From the human T2T-CHM13v2.0 reference genome, Homo sapiens: a DNA stretch of 64,000 nucleotides. The position numbers and the translations under genes are program-made. A model generated the notes under the pieces. It did no database searches and was not told the origin of the DNA. It saw nothing but the letters and a program-made list of their open reading frames with translations. The DNA lies in the NCBI RefSeq assembly GCF_009914755.1, contig NC_060933.1; one strand, given 5' to 3'. Positions 36,400 to 48,299 of the stretch are shown in pieces; position 1 is the first letter of the stretch, and each line of letters opens with the position of its first letter.

Positions 36400-37220
36400 A
36401 CCTCCCAAATCCTCAATGGCTGATCCCGTGGTATGACAGCAGCATGCCACATTCATTGCACCAGACAAGGATTAGGGAGTAAAATTTGTCATGTATGTAA
36501 ATTGTAATCACAGTGGATGGTTGTATGTGCTCATTTAGGCATTTTAACAGAGTGTGATGCTATCCTCTCCGCAGGACTAATAAGCATTAGCCATAATGAG
36601 GTCAGTCAGTCAGGCATTATCAGGGGATTTAATTGGGACATGGGTCTCTGCTGAAGTGAAAATTAATAACTTTTGTCAATGTTCTGGTGAAATGTTCTGT
36701 CTTATCAAACTATGAGGGTCAATTAGAAAGCATTATGTAATAAAGTCCCCAGCAGCAGAACTCAAATTGAGTTATACCACAGTCATTATTCCAGGGCGAA
36801 TGCATTTGAAAATGGAAAACCAGAGTGCCATATGGAGGATTTGGGTCAGATTTACAAGCATTGCATGTTAAGGCTTCCACAAGAAGGAAACAATTAAACG
36901 TAATACCGAAATAAATCAGCGCGCCGAGTGGGCTGTGCAGGGCCAGGAGCCTGGGGCGGGTCGTGGCCCTGGAGTTGTGACACTGCAAAATGGCAGTGTC
37001 AGGAGCCTTCCATGGGCTGCATCAGGCAGCGCCAGCCTGCAAATCGCTCAGAGTGCTTAAAATCTGGGGCACACCTGGAAGGCTCGGGCCTGCACACTGA
37101 CTCATATAAATAACTCTTTATTGTGTAGCTATTAAGACGAGAGATTGCTTTTATTAAAGTGCAAGTTATTGTGGCACAGCAAATTAAAGAATTTTAAAGC
37201 ATACTAAACAGCCACTGCTA
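36400..37220. promoter_or_regulatory. candidate conserved non-coding element / enhancer
   Basis: No recognisable repeats; dense TAAT/ATTA; local CpG cluster; GC box 36953-36960; AP-1 TGACTCA 37098-37104 abutting TATAAATA 37105-37112. Confidence 0.45.
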
Positions 37221-37799
37221 TTCCCTATTCGGTCATGTTTTACGGTTCTTTAAATGGGCAGTATATTGTTAGGGAGATATAAAGCCTGTGCCAAGACTGG
37301 GATCTGACACAACGGTTCAGGCACTTTTTCTGGCCAGGAAGGATTGGGAGGGGTGGAACAGTGCTGGTGAGGACACTGTCCTGGGCCTGGATGTGTGTGT
37401 AGAGGTGGGTGTGGGGTGGGGGGTTGGATGTCCCCTCTCCTCTGGAAGACTGGGGAGGTGGCTCTTGTCTGCTCCATTCTGGTAAAGAAGGTTATCTTCA
37501 AACAGAGAAGAGTTTTAGAGATAGTCTTCAGACAAGGTAGTTAGAAGATGGAAGAAAGGGAGGAAGGAAGAGAGGGAGGGAAGGAGGCGTATGCGCAGAG
37601 GATCTGTAGTGTCCCATTACTAAAGAATCACAGCTTCCTCCAACTTCCTTATCTTGACCAACCCCATTTTCTCTGAACCTTCTCTTCTCTAGTGAAGTGA
37701 GCTTGCATCTGATTATTTCCCCATTTACCCCCAATGTTGATTATGTTTCTAATTAAAAATACATTGCGGCAATGCCCCTTCTTGGTTCCACATCATCTT

Positions 37800-38500
37800 G
37801 GGACCTAGCCCGTCCCCTCCCTCTCACCTCCATGACTGCCTCTCCAACCTGAGCCCCGTCACCTCCCGTGAGGCCCGACAGTTGCAGTTTTCGCTTTAGC
37901 CCCCTCCTACCCATTCTCTTCACAACAGTCGCAGTAATCTTTAAAAAACACAGATCTGATCATGTCACTCTCTACTGAAAAATTCTTTAACGCCTTCCAC
38001 TTGCACAAAGGATAAAACTCAAATCCTTTCGATGGTCCACAGAGCGCCTCCCTGAAGTGTCAGGGCTCACCTGGAGGCATGCTTCCCTCTCACATAATTC
38101 CCCCAAGTTCTAGAACATATGAAGCTCTTGTTCTACCCAGAGGTTTTGCCCAGGCAGTTCTCTGAGACTGGAATCGTCTTCCTCCTGACCATGTGTGGCT
38201 GGTGCCTCTCAAGCTTAGGTATTCATTCTCTGGGAGGCCTTTCCCGACCATTCTACCTAAAATAGATCCATCCAGAGCTCTGTATCCTCACCCCATGGGT
38301 GTTTCTACAATAGTACTTACAGTTTCTAATTTTAAAACAAACCAGACAACAATAGCAAAAACAAAAAACTTTTTAGCGGCCTACTCCTTTTTTCTCTGAC
38401 ATCTTCCGTGGTCTGAAATTCTGTGACGTGCCTGTTTTGTTTTCTACTGAATCTAGTAATGGAGGCAAATAGCAGATTATGTGTTCAGTGAGTGAACAAC
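37800..38500 (+). mobile_element. L2 fragment
   Basis: AGATCTGATCATGTCACTCTC..GATAAAACTCAAATCCTT..GGGAGGCCTTTCCCGACC. Confidence 0.75.
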
Positions 38501-38667
38501 TTATTGAATTAGGAAGTTGCCTTAGAAGAGAATCTGAAGCTTATCTAACTCAACTTCTTTACTTTACTGAGAAAGTGTTTCTGAGAATGGTGAGATAACA
38601 TGTACAAGGAAGACCATTAGGAGAGTTGGGGGCTAGGGCCTGGTTTACCTTCAAAATGTTACTTTCT

Positions 38668-39001
38668 GGCAGGACACGCAGTGGCTCATGCCTGTAATCT
38701 GAGCACTTTGGGAGGCCGAAGCAGGCAGATCACCTGAGGTCAGGAGTTTGAGACCAGCCTGGCCAAAATGGTGAAACTCCATCTCTATACTATTAATTAA
38801 AATACCACCACCACCACCACCAACAACAACAAAAACTAGCCGGGCGTGGTGGTGCATGCCTATAATCCCAGTTACTCAGAAGGCTAAGGCAGGACAATCT
38901 CTTGAAGCCGGGAGGCAGAGGTTACACTGAGCCAAGGTCCCTCTACTGCACTCTAGCCTGGGCGACAGAGCGAGACTCCGCCTCAAAAAAAAAAAAAAAA
39001 A
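38668..39001 (+). mobile_element. AluSx-like SINE with a microsatellite in its middle linker
   Basis: GATCACCTGAGGTCAGGAG; TSD AAAATGTTA(C/G)TTTCT at 38653-38667 and 38998-39012. Confidence 0.95.
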
Positions 39002-39084
39002 TGTTAGTTTCTTACTTCCTTTGCCCAGTCACCTAGTCCTGTTTAACCACACCTTGGCTTTACCTCTACGGGAATAAACACTAC

Positions 39085-39444
39085 TGTAATGGACTGAATG
39101 TTTCTGCCCTTGAAATTCATATGCTGAAATTCTAACCCCCAACATGATGGCATTAGCAGGTGGGGCCTTCGGGAGGTGATTAGGTCTGAGCAGGGAGCCC
39201 TCGTGAGTAGGATTAATGCCCTCAGAAAAGGGAGCCCACGAGTTCACTCACCCCCTTTCTGCCATGTGAGGACACACTGAGAAGTCAGCAGTCTGCAAGT
39301 GGAAGAGGGCCCTCACCAGAACTCGGCCATGCCGACACCCCCTTCTCAGACCTGCAGCCTCCAAAACTGTGAGAAATATGTTTCTGTGATATAAACCAAA
39401 GATTATATCTTTGGTATTTTGTTACAGCAGCCTGAACTAAGACA
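39085..39444 (+). mobile_element. MLT1A/A0 LTR
   Basis: TGTAATGGACTGAATGTTT..GAAATTCATATGCTGAAA..GCAGCCTGAACTAAGACA. Confidence 0.9.
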
Positions 39445-39519
39445 AGCACCCTAAATCCTACAGTGAAAGCATGTTTAAAATAAATGCAAAGACTAAAGCT
39501 GTGCTATCAAGAAGAGAAG

Positions 39520-39990
39520 AGACGATTGATTTCTGGTATATTCATAAATGGAATACAATGGAATGAGAATGAATGAACCAAACCTAGAGGCATAGAAACT
39601 GTCAAATCACAAACACATAACGTTGGCTAAAAACAGCAAGTCCCAAAAGAATACATACCTGGTGATGGCATTTATATGGAGTTTAAAAGATAAGCAGGAC
39701 TAAGTGATATATGGTTAGTGGATATGTGGTCAAACTGTGATACAAAATAGGAATAAAGAATATTGTTTTAAAAAATAAAAGCACCATTCAGATAGTGGTT
39801 CCTTGCCATGTATTCAGGTGATGGGAAGGGAAGGGCCCAGCGTGAGGAAGAGACCCTGGATGGAGTGGAGGGTGATGATGTTATTTATCGTTAACTGGGT
39901 GGAAGTTTCATGGCTCTCCATTTACTTCTCATGCTTCATAGTTTGTAAGTTTATATTTAGAAAATAATTGATAAGTTGAAAAAAAACTAA
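39520..39990 (+). mobile_element. L1ME-type 3' fragment
   Basis: TGGTATATTCATAAATGGAATAC..AAGTCCCAAAAGAATACATAC..ATTCAGATAGTGGTT. Confidence 0.6.
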
Positions 39991-41974
39991 AACCAACATG
40001 ATTTCACCTTTGCCCAAATACAACCCGTCTTGGGAAGAAGAGCTTCTTCCCCCTTCTTCACGGAGGCCTCAAAGAGCTTCACCCCAGCTGCCCATTCACT
40101 TTTCCTATTTCTGCTGAGGGAAGACCAATACTTATTTTCATCTTCAGGTCTACCAAATGAGAAACTGAGGCATAGTATGAGGTGAGTCTCTGGAACCCAG
40201 AACAACTCTCAAGGGGCGAATGCTCCTTTATATCTCAGTGGATTCATTCGCTCATGACATTTACATATAATGACTACCTGCAGAAAAGGCCTAACGAAAT
40301 AGTGTCAGTTTCTAAGGCAGGCAACCGTGTCAAAAGCCCGATCATCTTTGTGCCCAGGCTTTTGTTCTCTGACTGTGCTGGGGACAACCACATAAGCCAC
40401 GTATCCTGATACTACTCTGCATGTGTTCATTTCTGAGTCTCTTAGGAGACTCTGTCACATACATGACCTCATTTGATTCTCCCCATGACACGGTGTGGAA
40501 GACACACAGCAGATATTTTAGTTCTCGTTTCAAGAATGCTGTTTCCTATATATTTTGATGCCTTTCTTCCAGCTGTCGACACCCATTTAATGCTGACAGA
40601 ATAGAATCCCTGCAGCCCATTCCTGAGCCAGGTCAACACTGTACAAAAAACAGTATTTGGAAGATGACTTTGGGGGCATTGGGCAGGGCCCCCAAGCAAA
40701 AATAACCTCCTTACTGGTCCTTCCACTATTAGCAAACTATTCTTTGCTATCGTCAAGGCTTTTTCACCTTTTACAATCCCTTATTAAAATGCAAATACTC
40801 CTGAGTGTATCCGCATTAAAAAAAAAAAAAAAAACAACCCTGAATGATCTTCATTAACTGAAAGTGGGTGGGAGATGGAAGCCGGCACCAGGGCAGGAGT
40901 GGGCACCAGTGAAGGGAAGGGGAATGAATGAAGAAGGAAGAGGAGACAAAGAAGCCCAAAGGCAAATCATGCCAACATCACCGTTTGGTACAGGGCGTCC
41001 TTGCCCTATTTTTCTGCCCAACCTCATTTACTGCACGCTCTCACCTGACTTCAGCCCCTAGACTTGCTACTGGCACAGGGTGGCCTGAGATGGCCAGTCG
41101 ATGTCCCTCTGATGGTTTGCCACATGCTGATGTTCCCATCCTTGAGCAATTCTGCTCTGTTCGTGGCGGGAGTTCCCACTCTAAGGGTTTCCGGATCATT
41201 TGTGTTGCTAGTCTCCCTGGGCCACACTTCTGTTTCGGGAGAGAGTTTTTGCACTGGGCTCCTTCTGACGCGTCAGGCTGAAAAGTGAATTTGAGCCAAG
41301 AGTTCTGTTGTTTCATTTCAGTTATTTATGAGAAGCTGGTATTTTCTGCTCACAAAGAAAATATGAAATTTCAAAACCTAAACATTATCAAGCTATTAGG
41401 ATACTGGTGAGAAAATAGAAATTGCAAAGTATTTCTCAAACAGTCTGAGTAATTTTCCTTCACTATTTTTTCCCCAGGAGTAATAACAAATAGAAATACT
41501 ACTTGTCTTTTGGAATCTTTTTTTGCTGAAAAGTGTGAAGCGATTCCAGAGATATTCTGAACAGAGGGACCCCATCAGCATGCAGTCCTATAGGAGAATG
41601 CAACCTGTCTGCACCTTCTTCCCAAGGGGGCCAGTGAATGAATGAACGAAAGAATAAATGAATGAACAAACCATTCAGCTACACACACTTAATTTTACAG
41701 AGCAAATGCCTACTAGTCATGCGTTACTATCCTAGCTTGAGGCCCAATTATTTCTCTATCTAAATAATGTGGGTGTTTTCCTTGATCATAAATGAAACGT
41801 GCTCATTATAAAATGCTTAGAAGATACAGAAAAGTATAAAGAAGAAAATAAAAGTCATCCATAATCCTACCCCACAAAAAAGTCTTATTAATATTGAGGT
41901 TTATATCATACACGTGTTCCTCTGAGCTCATAAACATTACATGGCTGAGATCTTGTGTATATACAACTGGTATC

Positions 41975-42585
41975 TGTATTAGACAGAATTCTAAGATGAT
42001 CCCGGAATCCACATGGCTTTACGTAATCCCTTCCCCCTTGAATGTGGGCAGGTGGGACCTGTGACTATTATGGGCCATCGCTTTCATGATTTGGTTATGT
42101 TCCATGGCAAGACTTTAAGGGTGGGAGATGATCCTGGGTTGGTCTGGCCTGTTCAGGTGAGTCTTGACAGAGATTAGGCTTTTCCTGGAGACAGATACGA
42201 AGCATGAGAGGGACTTGAAACAAGGGAGAGTCTCCTTTGGTGACTGTGAAGATAGAGAGCCCAACATGGCAAAGAATGCTAGAAGCCTCCAGAACCTGAG
42301 AGCAACCCCTAGTTGACACCCAGCAAGGAAAATAGGGACCTTGGGCCTGCAACCACAGGAACTCAATCCTACCAAAAATATGAATGAGCTTGAAAGAAGA
42401 CCCCAGCTCTAGATGAGAACACAGCCTGGCCAACACCTTAATTTTGGTCTTATGAGACCCTGGGCAGAAAACCCAAACAAGACTGCTGGGGTTTTGGACC
42501 TACAGAACCATGAGATAGTAAATGGGTGTTGCCGTAAGTGGCTAAACTTACAATAATTTGTTATGCAGCAATAGAAAATAATATA
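41975..42585 (+). mobile_element. MLT1E-like LTR inserted in an antisense L1ME fragment (41780-42740)
   Basis: AGAATTCTAAGATG..CCCCTTGAATGTGGGCAGG..GCAACCACAGGAACTCAAT..TTTGTTATGCAGCAATAGAAAA. Confidence 0.85.
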
Positions 42586-43730
42586 GTGTTCTATTTTTTC
42601 ACTTTACATTACAACTTGAACTTTGTCTCCTATTAATGTTAACTAAAAATTTAATGTCTATGTCTAATATATGTGTTTGGATTATAATCAATGTAATGAG
42701 TCTGAATGATTGGGCATTTAAATGTAGCCATTATTTGTGTTAGGGATTTGTTATTTGGAAGTTGTGTTGTTTTGTTATTTGTGTTTGTTTTGACTCCTGT
42801 GGTCACATGAAAGAAAGATGAAACATCTTTCTCAACAACTGCTGTGCTATAACCCCTGAGAGAGAGAGAAAATGTACTTCTGAAAGGTTATTTTGCTTAT
42901 TTAAAGGAGATTATGGTACTTTGTGAGAGAGCTTTGTGTTTCAAAAACAGAGGCCCTTGACACCTATAGACTACATCGTCCAAGGAAGAGGATGAATGAT
43001 GTGGGCTGCAGACGTTTAACAGATGGGCTCCTCCCTGGCTAAATGACTCCCCAAGACTGGGGAAAGAAATAAGACTTGAACTGTGACCTATGGTGGAGAT
43101 ATGGCCCTATCTGAGCCCGATGCTCTGGGTGACCTCAGATGGGCACTGCTACGTGGCTGTCTATGTGGCTGACACCACACACTATGGCTAGAGAGGTTCT
43201 GCCAACCCAGCTGGGGTAGAGGAATTCAGAGTTCTTCTCACCACCCTTGGCTAGTGTCAACTTCTATCAGATTTCATTTCACTTTAGAAAATATGGAAAT
43301 GTGGCATTTCATACATTCCTGGGATGTGGAACGTTCCTACCTGTTTCGTAAGTAGTACTATGATATATAATTCTACAGAAATATGTCACCATTTTTATCA
43401 TTATTTTAATAGATTTCTAGCAATAGGTCAAAAGATATACACATTTTAAGGTTCTTTATATAAATGATAAAATTAGCAGATTCCTAGACCTGTAAGCAAA
43501 AGTATATATAAGACGCTAGATTCATCATAAAGTCTCCCTTTGGCCTCTGCCCCCAAACCATCCCAACATACCAACTCCTAAACATCCAAGGCCCACGGGA
43601 GCACATCCAGGCACTGGCTGGGCCCTCATCAAGGAAACCAGCAGTGTGCAGGCTACACTGCATAACTGCGGGGACAGGCAGGGCCTGGACACATACACAC
43701 CAGCTCCACCACCCACAGTTTGGGTGAGCT

Positions 43731-44159
43731 TGTGTAGTTACTTCCTGGGGCTCCCATACAAAGTATCACAGGCTAAGTGGCTTCAACAACAAACATATAT
43801 TGTCTCATGGTTCTGGAAGCTAAAAGTTCGCTATCAGGCTGTTGGCAGGGTTGGCTCTTTCTGAGGACTGTGGGGGAAGGATCTCGTCTAGGCCTCCCTC
43901 CTAGAAATCGCTGGCATTCCTTGGCTTACAGATGGCTGTCCTTCCTCTTCTCCCTGAGTCTTCACATGGTCTTCCCTCTGTGTCCAAATCTCCCTGGTTT
44001 TTCTACCAGTCATATTGGATCAGGACCCATCCTAATGACTCCTTCCTAACTTGATCATCCACAAAGACCCTTTTTCCAAATAACGTCACATTCACAGGTG
44101 GGGAAGGTTAGGATTTCAACACATTTCTTGGGGTCAGGGACACAATTCAATCCATAATA
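43731..44159 (-). mobile_element. MLT1C-like LTR
   Basis: GTGGCTTCAACAAC..GTTCTGGAAGCT..TGGCATTCCTTGGCTT..GACACAATTCAATCCATA. Confidence 0.85.
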
Positions 44160-45602
44160 CCTTGGCAAGTCTCCTATACTCTCTAACGCACTGTTTCCAG
44201 ATCACGTCAACAGGGATGACACTGCCTTTCCCACTGCGAGGATTCAATTTAGATGACAAGTGAAAAGATAGGTCAATGATAGGTAGAGCATTGACCCAGT
44301 GTCTGGCCCATGGTTGTTGTTCAATAAACATTGGCTAAGTTATCAATGAAAATTCTTGCTATAAGTATCTCATGACACACACGTGGGATACACAGAAACC
44401 CATGCTCAACTGGGCAGGCACGTGTGTTTATGTGGCTCCCCAGTGTCCCTAGAGAAGATTCTCTCTTACTTTTCAGGTGTCTTTGGCCTTTTCCTCTTCC
44501 AGCCTCTACAAGCAGGTTGTTTGCCCAGACACAGACCTCTCTCCCACAAAGCCCACTTTGGAGATTGGCGCCCGCCTTCTGCTGCTAGTTAGTTGTTTGA
44601 AAAGTGCTGACGCTTCTCTTCATCCACCGTGCCAGGACTCCGTGCCAAAGCCGCCCACACAAGCAAGGCTCGCCCTGCATGCCAGGGTTTCAGAAAGTGG
44701 ACCTGGCACCAACCAAGCGTAGAAAGAGAGGCCCTTGTGATACAGCCTCCCGACACACTCACACACACACACATACCAGCCAGAGACCAGAGACCCCAAT
44801 CAGTACTTTTAAAAGGAATAAAAATTGCTCAATCTCTTTGATGATATTCAAAGAGTCTTTTTTAATATATGAAGAAGCACATTCTAAATTCTTAACACAT
44901 CTGGTGTCACCCGCTCTTTTCCCCCTCTAAACCCTCTTAATTCCATAATTTAGAAGGTCTTAAGATACCGAAGGATCTCACTGAGGCATAATTGGATATC
45001 TTGTGCGTTCCAAGTTGCATCTGATGTCCCACCTCATCCCAGAAACTTTTCCACTGAGTTGGAGAGAAAAGATTTGGGGGTTCGGGGAGCAAGGACGGTG
45101 CTCTGCCTGCTCAAGTGGGCTTTGACAGAAAAGCTGAGCTGCCTGCAGGAAAATGTTTGCTATTCATTTTGCCCTGACACTCCAGGAGAGAAAGCACAAT
45201 TTCTTTTGTGATTGGAGGTAATGTAATCTACAGGAAAATCAATGTGGGCTGACGGGAGAATCGCCCAGCTGATCTGCAGACCAGAGACACTGAATCACAG
45301 CAGCTGAAAGCGGCATGGCAGTGAGGCCGTTCCTGCAGCCTCCGGGAGAAAGTGGTCTTGGAAAGCTCACACCCTGGGGTGCTCCTAACCTCAAAGGAGC
45401 CCGTGGACCCAGCCGCCCAAGCCACCAAGAGTTAAGTGGCAAAGTGCTCAGTTGTGGGGACAGTGCTGGGGGTACAGAGGGCCACAACGTGCTCTGCTGG
45501 GTTACTGAGAACAGAGAGATACATACAGAAGAAGGAAGACAGACAGAGGACCTAAGATTGTAAGATACAGACAGAAAGAGATAGGGAGGGAGCAAGAAAT
45601 AG

Positions 45603-45646
45603 ACACACACACACACACACGCGTGCACACACACACACACACACAC
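45603..45646. repeat. (AC)9-GCGTGC-(AC)10 alternating purine-pyrimidine tract
   Basis: Direct reading. Confidence 0.95.
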
Positions 45647-46679
45647 AAAACAGGGACCTCTGTTTCAAATTGTCCCCTACTACAAATTGTCCTTTACTAC
45701 TTTTTAAATTAAAAATTCAGACAATGTCCCCACCATCCCCAAACAGCAATTACTTTAGTAATCAGGAAAGAAAATGTTGCAAAAATAAATAAATAAATAA
45801 GATAGACTTAACAAAAAATAACTCTCGCCACCCAAGAAACATCTGCGCATCTGCTGGCCCCTTACTGGTCTGGTTCAGCTGACTTCAGCACTCACAGCAG
45901 CAGCGGCGGCGGCAGCAGCACCAGCAGCAAAGTTAGCAGGTGTCACCCCAATGTGGCCGCAAACCGCTTCTCAGGATTCAGAGACATAAATCAGAACAAC
46001 AGGCCCATACTACCCCCTTCCCATATGTCCCCTGTACCTAAGCCACAACCACTCACAGGCTTCTGGCCCCTGGACGCTTGCTTTAAGGCATTACAAACAC
46101 CCACCCCCCAACTTTGGAGGTGAGGGTGCTTTTCTAGAATCTCTGTAACCTTTCTGGGTAGTCAAACCACCTGGTCATTTATTATTAATACCTGAAGCAT
46201 GTGGAAAATTGCATTTGGGAAAGGAGTGTGTTAACTAACAACTAGAGCCCAGACCTGGAGTGCTGGGAGAGAGGCTGGTGGTTCCCACTGGTACCCGTTG
46301 GTGCCCATTGCTAATCTCTGACACGAGGAGGCTGGAGAGGCCCAGGGTGGGATGGGGCAAAGAATTGCTGATACATGCAGGCCTCTCGGTGGCCCCCTCC
46401 CTCCTGCCTATAACAAAAACCCTTCCCCCATCTCTCCTTCTGCCTGGAGTGTATAACAGGCCTCTTCTACCCCCTCGCGAACTTCCTGGCAATGGCTTCC
46501 TATTTCACCTATTATGTTCCTGGCAGAAACTTTTAAGGCCACCGAGGCAGCAGTCTCAAACACAGTCTTTTCAAAGACTTGGGGGCAATTCCGAGCCTGA
46601 ATTGGCTCTGTTTTGTTTCCCTGTACAGTCCCCGCTCTGCAGTGGAGCTGACAAGGGCTCTGGACAGCGGGACAGCGGG

Positions 46680-46945
46680 ATCCAATAAATCTGAGGCCTG
46701 TCTAGGTGCTTCATTTATCAAGAGGCCTAATTTACCCAGGCCCTTTAGACTAATTGCAGATTTGCAAAAACTGCTGAGAGTGTAGAACCGTGTATTGTGA
46801 GTGTCCCTTGCCATATTTCTGCTAATGTGTTTCATCTGGAGTACATAAAGAGGCAGGGATGCTGATTTTAGACACAGCACTTTGGGGCTAATCCAGCTAA
46901 ATGATTAGCCCTAAAATTCTGCAGTGATGTCATTTTCCCTACAGT
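46680..46945. promoter_or_regulatory. candidate enhancer with paired K50 homeodomain sites and a Maf half-site
   Basis: GGGCTAATC-N9-GATTAGCCC (46885-46911), AAAAACTGCTGAG (46766-46778), CTAATTG (46750-46756). Confidence 0.4.
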
Positions 46946-47756
46946 GCTCTGCCAGTCGGGTTGTTTGCTTTATAGTGAGAAATGTGTACTCGAGACACAG
47001 GCTTGCTGTCTTGCCATCACAGGGAACTCTGCCCTCCGTGGCTGACTCGGGGAATCACCACCCTGCCCACAGTCTCTGGGTCTCCTCTGAAGATGACAAG
47101 GGTTGCCAGCAGGTCAACAACCACGGAAAAATATCACTTCTTTAAGGGACCCAGATAAGAATCACTCTCCGCTAGCACGCACACGCATCTGTGAGTGGGT
47201 TACAGGAGAAGTCACCCAGGTTCTGGGCAAGGAGCAGGCCCAAGCTGTGTGGGCATGTGTGGGTTACTTGACCTCTCTGAACCTCAGTTTTCTTCTCTAC
47301 AAAAGAGAGACACGAACACCTGTCTTGCTGAATGCCACAGGACAGCTGACAAGATGATTACCATGGAGTTTGGAGTGAGAGGGTTCAAGTCCCAGCTCTC
47401 TCACTTCTGAGCTCTGGTTACTCATCTACTCTGAGCCCTGGGCTCCTCCGGCATAGATATGAATAATAAAAGCAGCCTTCCGAGGTTACTGGACTGAGCA
47501 CTTACCCAGCATCCAGCTCCGCATGCCACACGGTATAGTTGCCCAAAAAGTAGTAACTCTGACTTGGGTTCATTGGGCCCATGCATTTGTTTCAGAAAGA
47601 GGGGCTGAGCTGCAGTTGATGGTTTTTAAAATACCTTCTGCACCCTAGAAAGTTATTTTCCCAGTAAGTGCAAGTAGGTTTGCACTTGGTACAATGTCAG
47701 AATTTACAGATCAAAGTTCCTGAGGCTGGTTAGGCTTTCCATATTACTTTGATATA

Positions 47757-48212
47757 CACTCAACCCTTGAACAACACAGAGGTTACGGATGCCAACCCCC
47801 TGCATAACCGAAAATTCACATGTTACTTTTGACTGCCCCAAAACTTAGTTTCTAATTACCTACTAATGACTGGAAGTCTTATCAATAACATAAACAGTCA
47901 ACACATATTTTATATGTTATGTGAATCATATACTATATTCTTACAATAAAGTAAGCTAGAGAAAAGGAAATGTTATTAAGAAAAGCAGAAGGAAGAAAAA
48001 ATATATTTACTGTTTATTAAGTGGAAGTGGATCATCATAAAGGTCTTCATCTCCCTCATCTTTAGGTTGAGTAGCCAGAGGAGAAGGAGGAGGAGGAGGA
48101 GGAGGAGGAGGAGGAAGTTGGTCTTGCTGTCTCATGGGTGTCAGAGGCAGAAGAAAATCCACTTATAAGTGGATCAACACAGTTCAAACCCATGCTATTC
48201 AAAGGTCAACTG
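47757..48212 (+). mobile_element. Tigger2a (TcMar-Tigger) DNA transposon
   Basis: TIRs CACTCAACCCTTGAACAACAC / ATGCTATTCAAAGGTCAACTG; TA duplication on both sides; internal (AGG)10 at 48085-48114. Confidence 0.92.
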
Positions 48213-48299
48213 TATTTTGGATAAGAGGCAGAAATATTATTTTTCCATGTAGCCAAAGCCTTCACAGATTCCAAAGTACATATCCTATCTTCTGTTTAC

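Noticed and set aside
46650-46682. GGACAGCG twice, resembling a REST/RE1 right half-site
   Set aside because: The left half TTCAGCACC is absent at the proper spacing
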